DNA of 64,000 nucleotides. Source: Patescibacteria group bacterium (GTDB lineage Bacteria > Patescibacteriota > Patescibacteriia > UBA9934). The stretch is taken from the NCBI GenBank assembly GCA_041659765.1, contig JBAZXR010000001.1, forward strand, positions 787,338 to 851,337, read 5' to 3'. Within the stretch, counting starts at the first letter, position 1; each line of letters starts with the position of its first letter. This document shows, piece by piece, positions 1 to 10,609 of this stretch. The notes beneath the pieces are model-generated. The model did not search any database and was not told the DNA's origin. It worked only from the letters and a program-made list of their open reading frames with translations. Both the position numbers and the translations under genes were made by a program.

Positions 1-1946
<1,946 letters not shown>

Positions 1947-2048
1947 CACTGATTACGCACAACTTCAACAGTTGTGGGTTTCACAGTGAGTACATTTCTC
2001 TATATATACGTTTCGTGACGTATGAAATTGTGAACGATCAGTGGCGGA

Positions 2049-2077
2049 ATAGTACAGAAGCCTGAAAGCACTGTCAA
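2049..2077 (-). promoter_or_regulatory. sigma70-type promoter for the 23S rRNA
   Basis: Minus strand TTGACA-N17-TACTAT about 100 nt upstream of the 23S 5' end. Confidence 0.75.
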
Positions 2078-2142
2078 GATTGGGCCTCCCCCACTTTTCC
2101 ACTGTTGCTACACAGCCAATTCTTGGCTAAGATCAAGGATAT

Positions 2143-2565
2143 ATGTTTAAAGTCTCTTTATTCACGGTCGGGACTATCCCCAAGGGCCCATTCCTAGAAA
2201 TAGCCCAAGAGTTCCAAAAACGCCTGGGAAAGTTCTCAGATTACGGGGAACGATCATTTAAGGACGAGGCAAAGCTGGTCGAGGCCATCCCATCCGGCTC
2301 GGTGGTCATCGTTCTCGACGCCGCGGGCAAAGAAATGACCTCAGAATCCCTCGCGGCTAAGCTCTCCTCCTATATAGACGCCGGTGACAAACTTGTCTTC
2401 GTGCTCGGCGGCCCGCATGGATTGTCGAATGACCTCAAGAAACGCGCCCACCTTTGCCTATCGCTTTCTCAGATGACGACAACGCATGATTTGGCGCACC
2501 TGTTCTTTTTGGAACAATTGTATCGAGGGTTTACCATCGTCAAAGGGATCCAATACCATTATTAA
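2143..2565 (+). CDS. rlmH: 23S rRNA (pseudouridine1915-N3)-methyltransferase RlmH
   Basis: SPOUT motifs FVLGGPHG, SLSQMT..H, EQLYR..TI..G..YH. Confidence 0.93.
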   Translation: MFKVSLFTVGTIPKGPFLEIAQEFQKRLGKFSDYGERSFKDEAKLVEAIPSGSVVIVLDAAGKEMTSESLAAKLSSYIDAGDKLVFVLGGPHGLSNDLKKRAHLCLSLSQMTTTHDLAHLFFLEQLYRGFTIVKGIQYHY

Positions 2566-2569
2566 TTTG

Positions 2570-2770
2570 ATGTCACAATGACGTGGTGTGATTCGGAAGA
2601 TGGATTCATATTCGGGCGCCACGTACGTCCACGGATAATCCCGCCGATGTTTTACAATCCCATGTTTGACGGCATTATTGGCCACATAAAGCATCCGTTC
2701 CGCGATGATGCGCGGCAACGGATCTTCAGAAATGCGTTTGTGGTATCTGAGTGACTGCATAGACAGGATG
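2570..2770 (-). pseudogene. Degenerate C-terminal fragment of a REP-associated tyrosine transposase (RAYT/IS200-like)
   Basis: LYVANNAVKHGIVKHRRDYPWTYV resembles the RAYT C-terminal Y(I)xxNPVK(H)GL..xxDYPWS motif; no HUH N-terminal part is recognisable. Confidence 0.5.
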
Positions 2771-2887
2771 TTAAAAACAAATCCAAACTCCGCATTTCTG
2801 GGGAGTTTGGATTTATTTGCCCGCGGATTGCTCCTTGGGATGCTTCTAAGGATGTGAATAGGTGAGAACACCCAGTCAATTCTTCGA

Positions 2888-3400
2888 CTAATTAACAACA
2901 CTTTCCGTAACCATGACCCCAGTTGGTCCGCCGTCTTCACCGGCGGAGACAATGACAGCCAGGTTTAAACTGCCGTTTTCGTACATCTTAGTAGCCATCC
3001 CGCGAGCAGAGTACGCCCCGGAAACCGTCCAACCAGCAGCCAGTAATTTTGCATCATACCAACTAGCTGCTTCCTCAACGGTCTTGTCAGTGGTCAGTGA
3101 GATCCAGGAACCTTCCTTAAGCGTCACGGCGACCCCAAGAATTTTTGCCCCATCAAGAACCGGGATCTCTTTAGGGAAGTTATCAGGCAGCTGTACGTTC
3201 TCTCCAAAGCTAGCTGAAGTGCCTTCTTCGTCGTTATTGATAGTGATACCGTTATTATCTAAATCAACGGTGGCGTCACCCTTTAACTCAGAGTTAATCT
3301 TATTCTCCACGGCTCCTTGAATAAGCGACTGCGGGGTAGGAATACAACCAGCACCAAGGAGAAGTAGTGAGGCGGAGGCAAGAACCAAAGCTTTTTTCAT
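2888..3400 (-). CDS. Hypothetical lipoprotein
   Basis: Signal peptide ending LLLLGAGC; 170 aa. Confidence 0.75.
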   Translation of the reverse strand: MKKALVLASASLLLLGAGCIPTPQSLIQGAVENKINSELKGDATVDLDNNGITINNDEEGTSASFGENVQLPDNFPKEIPVLDGAKILGVAVTLKEGSWISLTTDKTVEEAASWYDAKLLAAGWTVSGAYSARGMATKMYENGSLNLAVIVSAGEDGGPTGVMVTESVVN

Positions 3401-3406
3401 ATACCT

Positions 3407-4003
3407 CTACTTTATCATGTCCGCGTATTCGTCAGCCAGTGACATCCCCGGGGCATATTCAACCGGTTCGCGGGAAATATCGAGAATCGTGTCCAAGATG
3501 ACCTGATATTCCGAGCCGTCAAAATGTCCGCCAGTCTCAGGAGCGACTAATTTAGCGTGGAACACTTCAGCATATCGCTTGGCGTGCTCGAACGGAATCA
3601 CTGGATCATTCTGGGCGTGAATAACCACAAACTTACTAGCTCGCCACATGAGAACGTCATGATCGAGTTCGGTCAAAAAGAATCCACGAAACTTTTCATC
3701 TTTAATCATCCAGGGAGTAGAAATCAAGATGCAAGCATGCGGGGTTGTTCTAGCGGGAGCAGCTTCGAGGAACCGCAAAGCTGTTGCTCCGCCAAGCGAG
3801 TGACCAATAATGATGTCCTCGTGCGTTAGAGGGCCAAGGGAATCGAGCACAGCCTTTGTCCAGGCATCGCGATCTGGCTCGGCTGGGTTTGGTAATTCAG
3901 GCATCACGACCTCAAACCGACGGTCGATCAATTCGCGTTTCAACCACGGCCAAAAGTTGGACTCGGGAGAAGATTTATAACCGTGGATCAGAATTGCGCG
4001 CAT
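3407..4003 (-). CDS. RBBP9/YdeN-family alpha/beta hydrolase
   Basis: LIHGY..NFWPWL, GHSLG nucleophile, NDP, GGHF; start taken at MRAILIHG. Confidence 0.9.
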   Translation of the reverse strand: MRAILIHGYKSSPESNFWPWLKRELIDRRFEVVMPELPNPAEPDRDAWTKAVLDSLGPLTHEDIIIGHSLGGATALRFLEAAPARTTPHACILISTPWMIKDEKFRGFFLTELDHDVLMWRASKFVVIHAQNDPVIPFEHAKRYAEVFHAKLVAPETGGHFDGSEYQVILDTILDISREPVEYAPGMSLADEYADMIK

Positions 4004-4100
4004 AGGAATATGCGTAGAGTAAAGGATTAAAGCGTAAAGAGTAAAGCCCTGAAACAAAAAAACCCGGCCGGAGCCGGGCATTTTGTTCGAGTGGGCTCGA

Positions 4101-5267
4101 CTATTTTCCCATCATCTTACCTGCCATGTCGCTCATGGAAGGCATCTTTGGCATCTTAACCCTGTCCTTATTCTTATACATGAGGTAGCCAATCCCACCG
4201 AGGGCGAGGGCAAGGACAATCAAGAGCGCCACAACGGAGTGCAGAATTGCAGACACGACGATCGTGATGATCGCCAGCGGCAAGGCCACGGCGAGCGTGA
4301 CGATGCTGATGGCCGTCTTACCGAGACTACCCAGAATCGGGAAGAAGTCCAAAATGATCGCGATGGGCGCCAAAATCATGGAGAGGCCAATCCACATCAT
4401 CATGAAACCGACCAAGCGGAAGATCCAGAGCATCATGACAAATTCGCCATGCATGGTGGCGAGGGCAGCCGAGCGGTTGCCAGTGAAGACGCGGTAGAGC
4501 GTGTTGCCCTTAGCGTCCGTGTATTTGGTAATCTTAGCACCGTGGAGTTCACCGAATACTGTACCATCGAAGCCTGCTTCAAGTGCCGTGTAGCTGACGC
4601 GCTGATCACCGACAATCGAGTTAGAAGGGCTAGCGTTATTCAAGTACACCGCGTTGCTGGAAACTGTTGCGCCCACTGGAGCCACAATGTTCGTGGTCGT
4701 GAGAACAACCGGAGCTTCGCCAGGGAGCGAAACGGTCTTGCCATCAAGCGAGTACACTCCAACTTTCAATGTGCCAACCTGGTAGTCACCAGCTTCTGCA
4801 GTCAAAGTTGGGTTCTGATGACCAGCTGGTTCCTTAAATGAGCTGGAGTTCTGTGGAGTGGAGGTCCATTCTTTCACGTAGGTGTACGTGGTGGTGGTCG
4901 TTTCCGATCCGCCGGTGTTGCTTTGCTTCTTTTCTTCTTTCTTTTCTACCCAAGCGTACATTTCTGCTTTGCGGGAGATGGAGAGATACTTCCCGGGAAC
5001 AAACATCGTGCCGTCACCGAGCGATTCATCACTAGTCACTGTCCCGCTCGCTGAAACGAAGGCTCCATCCTGGTCCTTCGCCAATTCGGTCCCACTAATT
5101 TCAATCGACTTCTTGGCGATAGACGAAAGATCAACCCGTCCCTCGTTCCAAAACAACACACCGAACGAGACAATAAAAAGAAGGAATCCAACCAGGACTC
5201 CTTGAATAGATGACATGATGCGTGAACCGTAGCCTTGCGTGGTCACCGTGGTTACTTGGTCTACCAT
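4101..5267 (-). CDS. TMEM43 (DUF1625) family membrane protein
   Basis: LFWNEGR motif, EMYAWVE, TYTYVKEW, C-terminal TM helices with W.FR..G. Confidence 0.85.
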   Translation of the reverse strand: MVDQVTTVTTQGYGSRIMSSIQGVLVGFLLFIVSFGVLFWNEGRVDLSSIAKKSIEISGTELAKDQDGAFVSASGTVTSDESLGDGTMFVPGKYLSISRKAEMYAWVEKKEEKKQSNTGGSETTTTTYTYVKEWTSTPQNSSSFKEPAGHQNPTLTAEAGDYQVGTLKVGVYSLDGKTVSLPGEAPVVLTTTNIVAPVGATVSSNAVYLNNASPSNSIVGDQRVSYTALEAGFDGTVFGELHGAKITKYTDAKGNTLYRVFTGNRSAALATMHGEFVMMLWIFRLVGFMMMWIGLSMILAPIAIILDFFPILGSLGKTAISIVTLAVALPLAIITIVVSAILHSVVALLIVLALALGGIGYLMYKNKDRVKMPKMPSMSDMAGKMMGK

Positions 5268-5303
5268 AAGAAAAATTAATTACTCCTTGGGTCGTATTTT
5301 ACC

Positions 5304-6296
5304 TTAATTCTTAGAAATTACAATCATAGCCGTGGGTAAAGCCGTGAGTGGCGCGTTATCACCAGATGGATAATCGCGAAGCGCAGAAGCAACGGTTACT
5401 GCTGAATACCTATAGTGTTCACCTACCCTGGTTCCAGGATCGTTCGTTATAAACTCGTCGGTTGATTCGTCGAAGCCAGTGACAACCAACATATGACGAG
5501 CCGGCCCACCGGCAGTAAAGTTTGGATTGTTGAGTTTGGTGCCGTCGAGCGGGATCAGCACAAGCTTGCCGAGGTTCAACTCAGCCTTAATTTCTGCAAT
5601 ACCGATATTTTTCTTCACCTCGAAGTTTTCGAAACCGAGGTATCGTCGGACAAGTCGGTCAGCGGTGTCGTCGATCGACGTGTCCATGAATGCACCGAAG
5701 GTCGATTTCTCCCAGTCTGACATACTGATAATCGCCGATCTTGCTTCTTCGAGCGTAAACCTCTCTCCCCTCGCCCACTTTACCGCCATAAAGGCCGAAG
5801 CCTCTTCACAACCTTCCTGCTGACGAGGATCTGACCATTCGCCAAAAGGGGCTTGCGACGTGAACTGAACCCCCTCTATCCCCCTGGAAGGGGGAAGGAG
5901 CGAAACACTCGCGACAGGCACTTTGGCCAGGTCAGCGTTTGTAATACCGAGACCAAGCTCGGACATGACTCGGAAGGCGTCAGCAGGGCGACCGAGGTAG
6001 CGAAGTTTCAAGGTGAGCGGGTCGACGTAATACGCCTTACCGTGATCCTCGACAGCCAAGAGAATCCTACCAGCCAGGCTGACCGGCAACGGACGGGCTA
6101 GATCAGCGTCTGAAATGCCCAGCGCCAAAGAACGCATAATCAGCCAAGCATCATCCGGCGAACCCAATGAGTACCTCTGTTCATTCACCGGGTTCACATA
6201 CCAAGCCCTGCCGGAATCCTCAACTGCTAGGAGTATCCGGCCAGAAAGCTGATGCGCTAGGACAAGTGCAGCCAACGAAAAAACCATATGCACCAT
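5304..6296 (-). CDS. C39-like (papain-fold) peptidase with duplicated N-terminal repeat
   Basis: SQAPFGEW..QEGCEEAS, HMLVVTGFD, NDPG; two copies of GRILLAVED.G.A.YV.P; the ORF-track start overlaps a tRNA, so start moved to MVHMVF. Confidence 0.8.
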   Translation of the reverse strand: MVHMVFSLAALVLAHQLSGRILLAVEDSGRAWYVNPVNEQRYSLGSPDDAWLIMRSLALGISDADLARPLPVSLAGRILLAVEDHGKAYYVDPLTLKLRYLGRPADAFRVMSELGLGITNADLAKVPVASVSLLPPSRGIEGVQFTSQAPFGEWSDPRQQEGCEEASAFMAVKWARGERFTLEEARSAIISMSDWEKSTFGAFMDTSIDDTADRLVRRYLGFENFEVKKNIGIAEIKAELNLGKLVLIPLDGTKLNNPNFTAGGPARHMLVVTGFDESTDEFITNDPGTRVGEHYRYSAVTVASALRDYPSGDNAPLTALPTAMIVISKN

Positions 6297-6342
6297 TCTA
6301 GCATTGCCTAAGGTCAATTTTTCGCCTACACTCCCCAAGCAT

Positions 6343-6427
6343 GGGCGAGTGGTGAAATTGGCATACACGCATGCCTTAGGAGCATGTGGAGCAATCCGTG
6401 GGGGTTCGAGTCCCCCCTCGCCCACCA
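6343..6427 (+). tRNA. tRNA-Leu(TAG)
   Basis: GGGCGAG acceptor stem, anticodon arm CATGC-CTTAGGA-GCATG, long variable arm, TTCGAGTC, CCA end. Confidence 0.95.
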
Positions 6428-6630
6428 ACAAGATAGTAATAAAACTTCGGCGCCAAGCCGATGTTTTTAGTTATCCCCATCGCAAAATCAGAGAACGCCT
6501 AAAAATATGGTGCAATGAATGTACAAACAAATTCCCCATGGCTTGCCTCTTCCCCAAGAGGCGAGCTGTGGGGTTTGTTGTTTGCACGATCGTTTGTTGA
6601 ATCCGGTTTGCTGATCCTTAACAATTAACT

Positions 6631-8454
6631 ATGAACCTAGCATATGGACTCTTGGGAATCCTCACCTTCATGCCCGCTTTGTCTGCTCTACCCGCCAGTG
6701 CGGAAGAGGCACCCGAAGCCGCGATCATCGAAACGGCTCCTGCCGAAGCAGTGACCACCCTGACGGAGGACGCGGGAGTGCCCGCGCCCTTAGACCACCC
6801 CCCGGCCCCCTCCTTGGCAGGAGGGGAAGTAAGCGAACCACCCCTGACTGATCCGTGCGCGATCTGCCCGATCCCAGTAGTCGCCGTTGCGCCGGCTGTT
6901 CCACTGCCAGAACCCGTCGTTACTCCTGCGCCGCCGGAACCAATCGCCGTACCGGTAGCTACCATGGCTGAAGGCACGGAGGAGCCGGCGATGACGACCG
7001 CACCTATTCCCACGCCAACACTGAAACCTGCCCCATATACCGCGCAGTCCGTACTCATCAACGAATTCGTTTCTGATCCTGTAGACGGTGTTGAATGGAT
7101 CGAAATTGTGAACACCACAGAAGATGAAATCGATCTGACCGGCTGGACGGTAAAGGACGCGACAACGAGTAAAACTGCGCTTTCCACGCAATCACTTCCA
7201 GGACACGCGTACTTCGTCCTCCAAAACCCGAAAGGCAAGCTCAATAATGACGGCGATAGCATCTTCTTGTTTGACCCGACCGGCGCCACCATAGATGCGA
7301 TCTCGTATGACAAAACAACCGCGCCACAGAAAGGAAAATCGCTCGCTCGGACAGAAGACGGATCGTGGAAATCAGGAGACCCTACCCCACTAGCACCTAA
7401 CACATTGCCGACCCCTCCATCTGCCCCAGTGGCGGATGGAGCGGCCAGCTCCGAACCTACGACGTATGAGACAACACACGACACTACAGCCACTATCACT
7501 AATCCTGAACCCAATCCGGGAACGGCTCAAGGGACTGACAATGTTACCGGAACCGCATCCCCTGTTCGGGTGGAGCGCGTCACTCCGGTGGAAGAAAGCA
7601 TAAGTGCCGCGAGTACGCGGCCCGCAACCACCGACTCCCCCGTAGCCCCCTCGGGCATAGGCCCTACGGGCGAGCCCACTTTGAAAGCGGGGGAAGTACA
7701 CCAATCCACACCAGTCATCGACGCGGCGGAGATCATTAACTACGACGCGAATTCGACAGTCACTGTCGATGGCGTGCTCGTGGCAACGCCGGGAACATTC
7801 GGCAGACAGCTCGCGTACATTGACGGACTGGAAATCTACTTCAACAAAGCTGATTGGCCAAAGCTCTCGCCTATGACGCGTGTGCGCATGACCGGAACCG
7901 TAGACGTCAAAGCCAATTACACTCGCTTAAAGATCAAAAAGCGATCAGATGTCAAAATTATCGGTGATGACGCGGTTGCTCCGGACGATCTTGAAACGCT
8001 CGACGACGCCCGGCACGGACTCCTCATGAGCCTGTCCGGTTCCGTTCTAGACGTCGCCGGCAAAAAACTCACTATCGGGCTCTCTAACGGCGAACTCATT
8101 GCAGCAACCTCGGCAAAAGACGCATTAGTCGACTTTTCAGCCCTTGCTTATGATGACCAAATCGCGGTGACAGGGATCATTCGACTCGTCAAAGAAACCT
8201 GGACGCTGACGATTCTTGATCAATCAGGTTTGACCACCCTGACTGGAGGCGCGGGGGTGTCCGCGCTTACGACCACCGACTCCCCCGTAGCCCCCTCTTT
8301 GAAAGAGGGGGAAGTTCCCCACCCGCTTGCGACAATCAAAGCACCGACGAAATCGGTTCCCTGGGTTGGCGGCGGGTTACTCACTACAAGCATTGGCGCT
8401 CTTGGCTACTGGTTCGCCAAAGCTAAAGGCATTACGCTACCTTCATTCACTTAA
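6631..8454 (+). CDS. Secreted, membrane-anchored lamin-tail-domain protein with OB-fold-like C-terminal domains
   Basis: Signal peptide; VLINEF..P..EWIEIVN..IDLTGW..D, LNNDGD.I.L LTD motif; Pro/Thr linkers; C-terminal TM. Confidence 0.8.
   Translation: MNLAYGLLGILTFMPALSALPASAEEAPEAAIIETAPAEAVTTLTEDAGVPAPLDHPPAPSLAGGEVSEPPLTDPCAICPIPVVAVAPAVPLPEPVVTPAPPEPIAVPVATMAEGTEEPAMTTAPIPTPTLKPAPYTAQSVLINEFVSDPVDGVEWIEIVNTTEDEIDLTGWTVKDATTSKTALSTQSLPGHAYFVLQNPKGKLNNDGDSIFLFDPTGATIDAISYDKTTAPQKGKSLARTEDGSWKSGDPTPLAPNTLPTPPSAPVADGAASSEPTTYETTHDTTATITNPEPNPGTAQGTDNVTGTASPVRVERVTPVEESISAASTRPATTDSPVAPSGIGPTGEPTLKAGEVHQSTPVIDAAEIINYDANSTVTVDGVLVATPGTFGRQLAYIDGLEIYFNKADWPKLSPMTRVRMTGTVDVKANYTRLKIKKRSDVKIIGDDAVAPDDLETLDDARHGLLMSLSGSVLDVAGKKLTIGLSNGELIAATSAKDALVDFSALAYDDQIAVTGIIRLVKETWTLTILDQSGLTTLTGGAGVSALTTTDSPVAPSLKEGEVPHPLATIKAPTKSVPWVGGGLLTTSIGALGYWFAKAKGITLPSFT
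7627..7695. repeat. Palindromic repeat family B (CCACCGACTCCCCCGTAGCC...TTTGAAAG.GGGG), in-frame coding copy
   Basis: Near-identical to 8272-8314 and 21685-21735. Confidence 0.8.
8272..8314. repeat. Palindromic repeat family B, in-frame coding copy
   Basis: CCACCGACTCCCCCGTAG-CCCCCTCTTT GA AAGAGGGGG hairpin. Confidence 0.8.
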
Positions 8455-8464
8455 TATCTAACGC

Positions 8465-8490
8465 GGGTCGACGCATGGGTCGACCCCAAC
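8465..8490 (-). repeat. GTAG-type REP (family C, GGGTCGAC palindrome)
   Basis: GGGTCGACGCATGGGTCGACCCC, identical core to 11479-11501. Confidence 0.75.
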
Positions 8491-8510
8491 CTCGAAATAA
8501 TAACTATCAT

Positions 8511-8756
8511 ATGGAAAATACAAACAAGGCTCCGAAGAAGACATGGTATGACGTTCTTGAAGAACGCTATAACACTCTCATGGTGAAATTCGACATGCCG
8601 GAAGATATTGCCCACGAGATCTACAGCTTCATCAATGAAATTGCCCGAGAACAGTATAAGAGTGGCAACAAACAAGGCATTAGCTGGCTTCTCAAGAAAC
8701 AAGCGATCGAAGGTATACGACCACGAAATCTGGCCGCTGCTCCAGTCGCTGTCTAG
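8511..8756 (+). CDS. Small hypothetical protein
   Basis: 81-aa ORF from MENTNK, followed by a hairpin. Confidence 0.7.
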   Translation: MENTNKAPKKTWYDVLEERYNTLMVKFDMPEDIAHEIYSFINEIAREQYKSGNKQGISWLLKKQAIEGIRPRNLAAAPVAV

Positions 8757-8831
8757 CATTTACTTAAGGAAACGGGCCGGATTTTCCGGCCCGTTTCCGA
8801 GTGCTATACTCAAATTAATAATTTGAAATCT

Positions 8832-9143
8832 ATGGAAGACGCAACAAAAAATGAAATCCTCACAAAACTTGATAGCTTCCAACAAGAGAACCGAGGGCAA
8901 TTCCACGTTATGCGTGACGAATTCCAAGTAATACGTGAGGAATTCCAGGTAATGCGTGATGAATTCCACAAGATTCATGGCGAATTGAAGGTGGTCGATG
9001 CATTGCTTCACAGCGTTTCGGAAACAGCCCAACGTACAGAGATAGCCGTTGATAGACTAAACCCCGTATCTCGAGATCACGAAGAACGCATCAGTGTCCT
9101 AGAACGCTCTACGGCACGTCTACGTCTTCTTGTAGACCGCTAA
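8832..9143 (+). CDS. Coiled-coil hypothetical protein with heptad (21-bp) repeats
   Basis: FHVMRDE/FQVIREE/FQVMRDE/FHKIHGE; C-terminal HEERISVLE. Confidence 0.7.
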   Translation: MEDATKNEILTKLDSFQQENRGQFHVMRDEFQVIREEFQVMRDEFHKIHGELKVVDALLHSVSETAQRTEIAVDRLNPVSRDHEERISVLERSTARLRLLVDR

Positions 9144-9196
9144 TCTTCCAGCTGTTTGACGCTAAAAAGGCCACATGATAATCTACTGGCCGAAAC

Positions 9197-9271
9197 GCGG
9201 CGGTAGTTCAGTGGTAGAACATCTCCTTGCCAAGGAGAGGGTCGAGGGTTCGAGTCCCTTCCGCCGCTCCA
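9197..9271 (+). tRNA. tRNA-Gly(GCC)
   Basis: GCGGCGG acceptor stem, TCTCC-TTGCCAA-GGAGA anticodon arm, TCCA end. Confidence 0.96.
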
Positions 9272-9408
9272 CAAACAACTCTCGGAAACGAGGGTTTTTT
9301 GTTTTGCTAAATAGTTGACATTAGCCATTTTTTTCGCTATAAACGGGCCGTCCTTTTTGGCTCGCCCGTAGGGCATAACAATCATGGGCTACGCCCGAGG
9401 GAGGTCAG

Positions 9409-10545
9409 ATGTTACTACCCACTGTTCACGACCCGAGAACCGAGATTCACGACGACGCAATTGAGTGCCTGCTCTCGGGGCGTATCTTCCGCATCACCGC
9501 GAAGGTGCACCGCTACATGCTCAAAGAGGGCATGATCCTCATGTGGAATAAGAAGCAAAGCTTGTTCCAGCTCCACGACAACGCTGATAATGCCTACCGT
9601 GCGTGTTTCCACACCATGGGAACCTACGGCTGGAATGACGTCACCGCCACGGAGGGCGAGCTCCGGCGGATCGAGGACATTAGCGCGAAGAACATGGAGC
9701 TTTGCTACTTCCTGTTCGACTGGAAGACCATGAAACCGGCGCAACGCAAGCAGTACGAGCAGACATCTCTCGAAATCGCCGCCGAACTGAAAGACGTGAC
9801 GGACGAGCACAAGGTGCGGATGCGGGACTGGACGCTCCAGGCCGCCACCGTACGCGACAGCCTCGGGCGGACGAATCCGAACGTTGCTGGTAACCGCCAG
9901 TCCGGCAGCGCACGGGAAGGCGAACAGCGTGCAGCGAATATCCGCGAAATTTGTAAGCGATACGACCCGCGCAAAGTGGTTCTCTGGGAGGAAATCCGCA
10001 AGAACGAATCGGATCTCCGTAAGGTGCTCACCGCGGTTCGGAGCGTGCTCGACATGCTCAATCGAGGTCCGGTGTCGGCAGCACCCCTCCTTGGATCGTT
10101 GCCGCCGCTCGTGGATATCCTCGGGCGCACGCACGACCTTCAGTGGCGCCACGCGTTCCGCAAAAGCGCGAATGACCTCAAGGCGGCAACCAATGCCGCG
10201 ATGAAGCAAGATCACCGTGAGATCAAGAAACGCTTGCACTGGGTCGAGGCGTCTCTCGGCAACCTAGAAAAAGAGCGCGAGCTGGCACAGTGGCGATTGG
10301 AAACGGCGATGGCCGTATCCCGCCGTCCGCACCGGAATGACGAGCTAAAGCTCCAGTTCGACCGTCTCGTAGCATTCCGACAGAGCTGCGAGGTGACGCC
10401 CGACGGCAAGTGGAAGACGGAGGTCATGAACCGCTTCCGCGAAGGTCTCGATAATGCCATCCTCGCCTGGCCCCACGTGCACGCGAGCAACAGGTCCTTC
10501 GAACTCGTGTCTGCCTGGCTCGACGAATCTATCGTCCGACTCTAG
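9409..10545 (+). CDS. Hypothetical helical protein (GC-rich, SD-led)
   Basis: 378-aa ORF with GGGAGG SD, upstream TTGACA-N17-TATAAA near 9315, downstream hairpin. Confidence 0.75.
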   Translation: MLLPTVHDPRTEIHDDAIECLLSGRIFRITAKVHRYMLKEGMILMWNKKQSLFQLHDNADNAYRACFHTMGTYGWNDVTATEGELRRIEDISAKNMELCYFLFDWKTMKPAQRKQYEQTSLEIAAELKDVTDEHKVRMRDWTLQAATVRDSLGRTNPNVAGNRQSGSAREGEQRAANIREICKRYDPRKVVLWEEIRKNESDLRKVLTAVRSVLDMLNRGPVSAAPLLGSLPPLVDILGRTHDLQWRHAFRKSANDLKAATNAAMKQDHREIKKRLHWVEASLGNLEKERELAQWRLETAMAVSRRPHRNDELKLQFDRLVAFRQSCEVTPDGKWKTEVMNRFREGLDNAILAWPHVHASNRSFELVSAWLDESIVRL

Positions 10546-10609
10546 CCTCTGGACCGCTCTGCACCTGCAGGCGGTCCGTTTATTTTGTTATGATGGATGT
10601 AACAACTCT

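Noticed and set aside
2458-2952. 164-aa ORF as an intact gene
   Set aside because: It overlaps both rlmH and the lipoprotein gene; only the central part has a RAYT-like motif, so it is treated as a remnant
6297-6431. N-terminal extension of the peptidase ORF (MLVGEGGLEPPR...)
   Set aside because: It is the antisense translation of tRNA-Leu
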